A DNA stretch of 56,037 nt from an uncultured Opitutales bacterium (GTDB lineage Bacteria; Verrucomicrobiota; Verrucomicrobiia; Opitutales; UBA9783): contig CAZOPT010000001.1 in assembly GCA_964582055.1 (NCBI GenBank), positions 1 through 56,037 of the forward strand, given 5' to 3'. Below are positions 50,513 through 56,037 of this stretch, piece after piece. Both the position numbers and the translations under genes were made by a program. A model generated the notes under the pieces. The model was not told the DNA's origin. It ran no database searches and worked only from the letters and a program-made list of their open reading frames with translations. Positions within the stretch are counted from its first letter, which is position 1. Every line of letters begins with the position of its first letter.

Positions 50513-50946
50513 GGTGCTTCTGTTTGAGTGCATTTATTGTTTTTATATGCGATCAATTAGTTAAAATTTGGGCTCTCGCAACACTTGTACAACCGATTAC
50601 CGTTATTCCAGGCTTTTTCTCCCTACAACTTGCCTTTAATACAGGTAGTATTTGGGGTATTGGTTCGCAATGGACTTCTGGACTTGCATGGTTAGGTATC
50701 GTAGTAGTGCTTTTTTCCCCTTTTTATCTAAAAAAACATGATCCTTCTAAATGCCATTGGATCATGTTGGGGATTTTGTGTGGCGGTATTTTGGGTAATA
50801 CATGGGATCGCTTCTTAAGAGGCTATGTTATTGATTTTTTAGATTTTTACATAAAAAATTCCCATTGGCCCTGTTTTAATATTGCTGATATTGCAATCAC
50901 AAGTATTTGTATTTTGAGTCTTTGGGGAGTTAAAAGCAAAAGGTAA
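50509..50946 (+). CDS. lspA: lipoprotein signal peptidase II
   Basis: 145 aa; FNTGSIWG, GNTWDRFLRGYVIDFLDF, FNIADIAI. Confidence 0.9.
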   Translation: MRCFCLSAFIVFICDQLVKIWALATLVQPITVIPGFFSLQLAFNTGSIWGIGSQWTSGLAWLGIVVVLFSPFYLKKHDPSKCHWIMLGILCGGILGNTWDRFLRGYVIDFLDFYIKNSHWPCFNIADIAITSICILSLWGVKSKR

Positions 50947-50949
50947 TGT

Positions 50950-51354
50950 ATGGATGTTAAAGAAAAATTTATAAGTGATTTTAAAACTTATTTAATGAAT
51001 CTTTCAAATAAACAAACAGGAAATTTTGTAAACGTGTTGGACGAACAAATCCAACATCCGACAGAAATTTTTTTACATTTATTATGCAGAAAAATAGATA
51101 TTAAGAAAAATCTTTTTGTGGATTATGATGATAAGCAAGACTTGAAACCATTACGTCAAGAAATGCTTGACAATAGTGGTTGGTTAAAAAGTATTTACAT
51201 TTTAAGTTATTTCTTTTTGTCATCTCAAAATAATTCTATAACGTATAAAGCTTTAAATTCGTTATTAAAAGCGCGAGATTTTATGCCTAAAAATTGTTTA
51301 GAAAATTCTTTTGTCCAAATTATCTATAAAGAATTTATAAAAGAAATATTATGA
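50950..51354 (+). CDS. hypothetical protein (AT-rich)
   Basis: 134-aa ORF 3 nt after lspA, overlapping the next ORF by ATGA; no motif recognised; 10 G+C in its first 60 nt (hand count). Confidence 0.5.
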   Translation: MDVKEKFISDFKTYLMNLSNKQTGNFVNVLDEQIQHPTEIFLHLLCRKIDIKKNLFVDYDDKQDLKPLRQEMLDNSGWLKSIYILSYFFLSSQNNSITYKALNSLLKARDFMPKNCLENSFVQIIYKEFIKEIL

Positions 51355-52205
51355 AAACGCTTAATTGTACCATTTTAGCCTATGAAGGACCTATTTTTAG
51401 AGCTTATTTGTCTATTTTACATCAATTAGGTTATAAAGCAAAACGTATTATTAAACTCTATAACGGACAAAATAAATTTAAATGGTTGCCAAAATTTTTA
51501 AGGCATCCCTTTCTGTATAATCAAGAAGCTTTACGGAACAATTTTTGGCCGAAATTTTTTTATAAAAATAAAGTAATATTTGAACCTATTAAGAAAGAAG
51601 TTTTAAAGGTTTATGGTTTAAATGTTGATTTTTTTGATTTGCTAATAAAACCGTGTTTAGATGTTTCATCAATTGCAGACGAATGTCTTTATTTGGATTG
51701 GAAAGATTGTGGTTGGAAGAGTGAAGAATTATTTCAATTATTGAAGGGGTTTGGTGCTCAAACCTATTTATTTACAGGAGGTGGGCTTGTTCCTAAGCGT
51801 ATTTTGGAATTACCTAATACGGAATTTGTACATGTTCATCCTGGATTTTTACCTTATACTAGAGGTGCAGATGGAATTTTATGGTCTACATTTTGCCGTA
51901 AAAAACCAGGTGCAGCTTGTTTTTATATGGTGCCACAGCTTGATGAAGGACATTTGATTTTGACAGAAGAGTATGATGCATTACAATTTCAAAAACCAGA
52001 AAATGCTGATTTACAGACACTTTATCGCCTTGTTTTTTCTTTTTATGATCCGGTTGTTAGAGCTTTATGTTTAAAACAAGTTTTAGAAAAGTATGGTTCT
52101 TTAAAAAATTTACCAACAACACAGCAAGAACTGCATAAAGGGATTACTTTTCATTTTATGCATGATTTATTGAAAGAAAAAGTTTTGAATCTTATTTTTA
52201 AATAA
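51351..52205 (+). CDS. formyltransferase-fold (Formyl_trans_N-like) protein, divergent
   Basis: 284 aa; FTGGGLVPKRILELPNTEFVHVHPGFLPYTRGADGILWS...VPQLDEGHLI aligns by eye with Fmt/PurN ...INVHGSLLP.WRGAAPI...D.G.DTG.I; the catalytic Asn position is His. Confidence 0.5.
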   Translation: MKTLNCTILAYEGPIFRAYLSILHQLGYKAKRIIKLYNGQNKFKWLPKFLRHPFLYNQEALRNNFWPKFFYKNKVIFEPIKKEVLKVYGLNVDFFDLLIKPCLDVSSIADECLYLDWKDCGWKSEELFQLLKGFGAQTYLFTGGGLVPKRILELPNTEFVHVHPGFLPYTRGADGILWSTFCRKKPGAACFYMVPQLDEGHLILTEEYDALQFQKPENADLQTLYRLVFSFYDPVVRALCLKQVLEKYGSLKNLPTTQQELHKGITFHFMHDLLKEKVLNLIFK

Positions 52206-52211
52206 AAGCAT

Positions 52212-52288
52212 CCTGCAAAAGTCGGAATAAAAATTTTTAATCTGCATCAATGGTGTAGAAATATTTGTTCTCGACTTTTTGCAAAAGG
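52212..52288. repeat. imperfect inverted repeat between convergent genes
   Basis: CCTGCAAAAGTCGGAA (52212-52227) versus TTCTCGACTTTTTGCAAAAGG (52268-52288), about 40-nt spacer. Confidence 0.35.
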
Positions 52289-52295
52289 TTAAAAT

Positions 52296-53171
52296 TTACT
52301 TTTTCAAAGCACGAATCATTGCAGTTCCGATATCGGCTGGATGTTGAGCGACTTCTATACCTGCAGCCAATAATGCGTTTATTTTTGACTGAGCGGTTCC
52401 GCCTGATCCTGAAATAATAGCACCTGCATGCCCCATACGTTTTCCTGCTGGTGCGGATTTCCCACCGATAAATGCAGCAACGGGTTTATGGACATGATGT
52501 TTAATATATTCAGCAGCTAATTCTTCTGCTGTTCCGCCAATTTCTCCGATAAGAATGATGCCTTCCGTGGCTGGATCTTCATTAAAAGCCTTCAAGACAT
52601 CAATGTAATGGGTTCCGATGATGGGATCACCACCAATACCTATTGTAGTCGATTGTCCAAGTCCTTTCTCAGTTAATTGCCAGACGGCTTCATAAGTGAG
52701 CGTACCTGAACGTGATATAATACCGATGGATCCTTCTTTATGAATAGCGGCCGGCATAATGCCCATTTTACATTTTCCTGGCGACATTACTCCTGGCGAA
52801 TTGGGGCCAATAAGGCGCGTTTTACTTCCTTCTAGCTTGCGTTTGACTAAAAGCATATCACGAGTTGGAATGCCTTCTGTGATACAAACTACAAGCGGAA
52901 TTTCGGCATCAATAGCTTCCATAATAGAGTCGGCAGCCATTGTTGGCGGAACGAAGATTAAGGAAGCTGTTGGTTGCGTTTCCAAAACGGCTTCTTTAAC
53001 GGTATTGAACACGGGAATTTGGTCGTGTACCGTTTGTCCACCTTTTCCGGGGGTTACACCGGCAACGATATGCGTTCCATAATCCAGACATTGTTGCGAA
53101 TGGAAAAGACCTGTTTTGCCGGTAATTCCTTGAATAAGGACACGTGTAGATTGATCAATAAAAATACTCAT
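52296..53171 (-). CDS. sucD: succinate--CoA ligase subunit alpha
   Basis: 291 aa; [17 protein letters not shown], phosphohistidine loop GHAGAIISG. Confidence 0.97.
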   Translation of the reverse strand: MSIFIDQSTRVLIQGITGKTGLFHSQQCLDYGTHIVAGVTPGKGGQTVHDQIPVFNTVKEAVLETQPTASLIFVPPTMAADSIMEAIDAEIPLVVCITEGIPTRDMLLVKRKLEGSKTRLIGPNSPGVMSPGKCKMGIMPAAIHKEGSIGIISRSGTLTYEAVWQLTEKGLGQSTTIGIGGDPIIGTHYIDVLKAFNEDPATEGIILIGEIGGTAEELAAEYIKHHVHKPVAAFIGGKSAPAGKRMGHAGAIISGSGGTAQSKINALLAAGIEVAQHPADIGTAMIRALKK

Positions 53172-54367
53172 AATGAAGCCTCCTGGACTTTGTTGACAAT
53201 AGTTTGTGCTGCTTCTGCTAAATCATCGATAGGAATAAGGGGAAGACTGCTTGTTTGAAGAATTTGTTTAGCGGTATCGACATTGGTGCCTTTCATACGT
53301 ACAACAAGTGGTAAATGAAGTTGTACGGAACGCGCTGCTTCTACAATCGCTTTGGCAAGCATATCGCATTGTAAGATTCCTCCGAAGATATTGATGAAAA
53401 TACCTTTTACATTGGAATCTTGCAAAATAATTTTGAAGGCTGCCTCGATTTGCTCTTGTTTAGCCCCTCCACCGACATCCAAGAAATTAGCAGGCTTTCC
53501 ACCGAAATGTTGGATGATATCCATCGTTGCCATAGCCAGACCTGCACCATTTACTAAGCAAGCAATATTTCCATTTAATGCGATGTAATTGAGTGAATAG
53601 CGAGCTGCTTCAACCTCTTTAGGATCTTTTTCAAAGGGATCATCTAGGACTGCGTATTCAGGATGGCGTATTAGGGCATTATCATCAAGTTGAATTTTTG
53701 CATCTAGTGCACAAATATGGCCCTCTTTTGTCAGTACAAGTGGGTTAATTTCAATAAGTGAGGCATCTAAGGCCAAAAATGCTTTGTATAATTGCAGCAA
53801 TAATTGTACACATTCCTTATGTGCATTGCCAGTTAGATTGAATTGAAAGGCAACTTGTCGTGCTTGAAATGCAGCTAGGCCTACGAGTGGATCTATCGGT
53901 AGGGTAAGAACGTTTTTAGGCTGTTTTTGTGCAACTTTTTCAATATTGCAACCACCGCAAGCTGACGCAATTAAAATGGGACATTGTTGCTTGCGATCAA
54001 TTAAAATAGATACATAAAATTCACGATCAATGTTTATTGTTTCTGTAATGTAAACTTTACGAACTTGTTTGCCTTCGGGACCTGTTTGCTTTGTAACAAG
54101 CGTATTTCCCAACATTCCAGATACAACAGTATTTGCTTGTTCTATGGGAACAACTTGAACACCATGCGTTCCATTTTCAGAAAAAGTGCCTTTCCCTCTT
54201 CCTCCGGCATGAATTTGCGCTTTAATAGCAACCTGATCGGTAGAACCTAGGTGCAACTTTATCGTATCCAATAAGGATGCGTCAGATTTCTCAACACAAA
54301 ATCCTTTAGGGACATTTATTTCAAATTGCTCTAATAGCGCTTTCGCTTGATATTCATGTATATTCAT
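53168..54367 (-). CDS. sucC: succinate--CoA ligase subunit beta
   Basis: 399 aa; [15 protein letters not shown]-grasp region, [10 protein letters not shown]; 4-nt overlap with sucD. Confidence 0.97.
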   Translation of the reverse strand: MNIHEYQAKALLEQFEINVPKGFCVEKSDASLLDTIKLHLGSTDQVAIKAQIHAGGRGKGTFSENGTHGVQVVPIEQANTVVSGMLGNTLVTKQTGPEGKQVRKVYITETINIDREFYVSILIDRKQQCPILIASACGGCNIEKVAQKQPKNVLTLPIDPLVGLAAFQARQVAFQFNLTGNAHKECVQLLLQLYKAFLALDASLIEINPLVLTKEGHICALDAKIQLDDNALIRHPEYAVLDDPFEKDPKEVEAARYSLNYIALNGNIACLVNGAGLAMATMDIIQHFGGKPANFLDVGGGAKQEQIEAAFKIILQDSNVKGIFINIFGGILQCDMLAKAIVEAARSVQLHLPLVVRMKGTNVDTAKQILQTSSLPLIPIDDLAEAAQTIVNKVQEASL

Positions 54368-54369
54368 AA

Positions 54370-55746
54370 TTAATCGTATTTGCGACGCAAACTAGCAGCT
54401 GGAATGCCCAATAATTCCCGGTATTTGGTAACAGTTCTTCGGGCAATTTGCACACCATTTTGCGTTAATAAAGTAACAATTTTTTGATCACTGAGCGGTT
54501 TTTTTCTATTTTCTCCTTCAATAATTTTTTGAATTTGTTGCTTTATAATAGAGTTAGAGATTACCGTCCCATTGCCAAAATTCAATCCTTTAGTGAAGAA
54601 ATATTTGAAGCTGAAGAGACCAAAGGGGGTTTCTAAGTATTTATTTGAAGTTGCACGACTAACGGTTGTTTCATGGATTCCAATGACTTCTGCAAGTACT
54701 TGTAAAGTTAACGGTTTTAAAAATGCAGGACCTTTTTCAAAAAAATCGTATTGTTTTTTAAGAAGCGCATAAGCAATTTGTTCAATCGTTTTTTGGCGTT
54801 GTAAAATGGCTTGGATAAGAAATCGTCCAGAACGAATTTTCAGGCGTAAATAATTACGATCTTCCATTTTCACATTGCTTTGGGATAACATATCTTTATA
54901 GGTATTACCTATTCGTAAGCGTGGAATATAGTCGTTATTTAATTCCACAAGCCATTCGCCTAAATGGTTTTTAAAAACACGAACGTCCGGAATAATGCTC
55001 TGTGTTGGATTGGATTGAAAATGTCGGCCAGGAGTTGGATCTAATGGGACAATATCGCAATTAATTGCGTTTTGTATATCTTCAGGATTTAAGTTTAGAT
55101 GACGGGCAATGTCTACGATTTTATTTTTTAATAATAAGGGATAGTATTCATCTAAAATTATGTAAGCAAGCGAACTTTTTTTATTTTGATGCCTCAATTG
55201 AAGAAGCAAACACGATTGTACATCTTTGGACCCAACACCAATAGGATCTAATTGCTGAATAATTTTTAAAGCTTCTTGGATTTTGGTAATAGGTTGTCGA
55301 GTTTGTCGGACAATTTCCTCTAAAGATAGCGTTAAGAACCCTTTTTCGTCCAAACTGCCAACAATAAAAGAGGCAATCATATCCAAATCTTTTGTAAGCT
55401 CTAAGCAACCTATTTGTGAAATGAGGTGATCTTGAAGAGAGACGTTTGAAGTCAGTGACTCCATTAAAAACTCATGTTGTTTCGTCTTAGCAGCTTGTGA
55501 ATCTTTATTATTTGTGTTGTAATCTTCGAAATTAGAATCTACATTGTCTGTCGTTTCCTTAGGAGTATCTAAACTAATGGAGTCTAAAGGTAGTTCTTCG
55601 AGTGTTGGATTCAATTGCAATTCTTCTTGAATGACTGCACGTAAATCAAGAGCCGACGCTTGTAGGATTTTAAGCGACTGCCTTAATTGCGGCGCTATAA
55701 CTTGCGTTTGCGCTTGTAACTGTTCCATTCGAACGACCATCATCAT
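54370..55746 (-). CDS. rpoN: RNA polymerase sigma-54 factor
   Basis: 458 aa; Gln-rich region I (LRQSLKILQAS), HTH, RpoN box ARRTVTKYRELLGIP; alternative start 55728 (MEQLQ); stop 2 nt before the sucC ATG. Confidence 0.93.
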   Translation of the reverse strand: MMMVVRMEQLQAQTQVIAPQLRQSLKILQASALDLRAVIQEELQLNPTLEELPLDSISLDTPKETTDNVDSNFEDYNTNNKDSQAAKTKQHEFLMESLTSNVSLQDHLISQIGCLELTKDLDMIASFIVGSLDEKGFLTLSLEEIVRQTRQPITKIQEALKIIQQLDPIGVGSKDVQSCLLLQLRHQNKKSSLAYIILDEYYPLLLKNKIVDIARHLNLNPEDIQNAINCDIVPLDPTPGRHFQSNPTQSIIPDVRVFKNHLGEWLVELNNDYIPRLRIGNTYKDMLSQSNVKMEDRNYLRLKIRSGRFLIQAILQRQKTIEQIAYALLKKQYDFFEKGPAFLKPLTLQVLAEVIGIHETTVSRATSNKYLETPFGLFSFKYFFTKGLNFGNGTVISNSIIKQQIQKIIEGENRKKPLSDQKIVTLLTQNGVQIARRTVTKYRELLGIPAASLRRKYD

Positions 55747-55758
55747 CTATCTTATAAT

Positions 55759-55787
55759 AAAAATTACCAAAAGGAAAGGTAATTTTT
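55759..55787. repeat. perfect 10-bp inverted repeat just upstream of rpoN
   Basis: AAAAATTACC (55759-55768), 9-nt spacer AAAAGGAAA, GGTAATTTTT (55778-55787), read directly. Confidence 0.8.
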
Positions 55788-55819
55788 TATCTCATGAAAT
55801 TTATGTGTGCCAGACACAC

Positions 55820-55848
55820 TTGACAAGCAGAAAGTATCTTGGTAATCT
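55820..55848 (+). promoter_or_regulatory. putative plus-strand sigma70-type promoter
   Basis: TTGACA (55820-55825), 17-nt spacer, TAATCT (55843-55848); same hexamers as the tRNA-Pro promoter. Confidence 0.45.
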
Positions 55849-55945
55849 TTATTAGCGAGGAAAGATTATTTTTTCTGCGGAATATGGAATTATTTGCTTT
55901 TTAATTTAAGGGGTAACGAGATAGATTTTAAGCTATCGATCTTGA

Positions 55946-56037
55946 ATGCTTTTTATGAGCATTATGAAGAAATTTTATAACGGAATGCTTTTACATGATG
56001 TTGATAGTGATGAAAATTCGTTTAAAAATTTTGTAGG
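55946..56037 (+). CDS. possible 5' end of an unidentified CDS running off the window
   Basis: Open frame MLFMSIMKKFYNGMLLHDVDSDENSFKNFV... from ATG 55946 (or 55955) to the window edge, downstream of the 55820 promoter; too short to identify. Confidence 0.2.
   Translation, partial: MLFMSIMKKFYNGMLLHDVDSDENSFKNFV

Overview
Low-GC bacterial chromosomal window (roughly 40% GC by eye) with no rRNA, CRISPR array or recognisable mobile element. The centre (11.86-42.03 kb) is one uninterrupted plus-strand transcription/translation supercluster. It runs rpmG, tRNA-Thr, tuf, tRNA-Trp, secE, nusG, rplKAJL, rpoBC, rpsLG, fusA, rpsJ, then the S10/spc/alpha ribosomal protein genes with secY, map and rpoA, ending at rplQ. 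rpmD, adk, infA and rpmJ are not in it. The left flank holds a K+-type membrane pyrophosphatase, tRNA-Ser, a translationally coupled minus-strand rhomboid / S41 protease / TrmH operon, truA, an AT-rich secreted LRR protein, birA, rarA and an orphan pntAA. The right flank begins with a tRNA-punctuated accessory patch. In order it contains a zeta-toxin-like P-loop kinase sitting directly behind rplQ, tRNA-Asn, a small hypothetical protein, tRNA(CAT), tRNA-Arg, a polytopic membrane protein, a 47-aa Cys/Tyr/Gly-rich peptide ORF absent from the ORF track and bounded by a candidate promoter and terminator, tRNA-Pro, and an oleA-oleB pair without oleC/oleD. After that come ileS, a DksA-like protein, lspA, an AT-rich two-gene module with a divergent formyltransferase-fold protein, and a minus-strand rpoN-sucC-sucD unit. 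Three adjacencies (tRNA-Thr/tuf/tRNA-Trp/secE, fusA-rpsJ, dksA-lspA) and one small family recalled as Planctomycetes/Verrucomicrobia-restricted suggest a PVC-superphylum organism. That is inference only. All homology statements come from reading the translations and from remembered family motifs; no searches were run.
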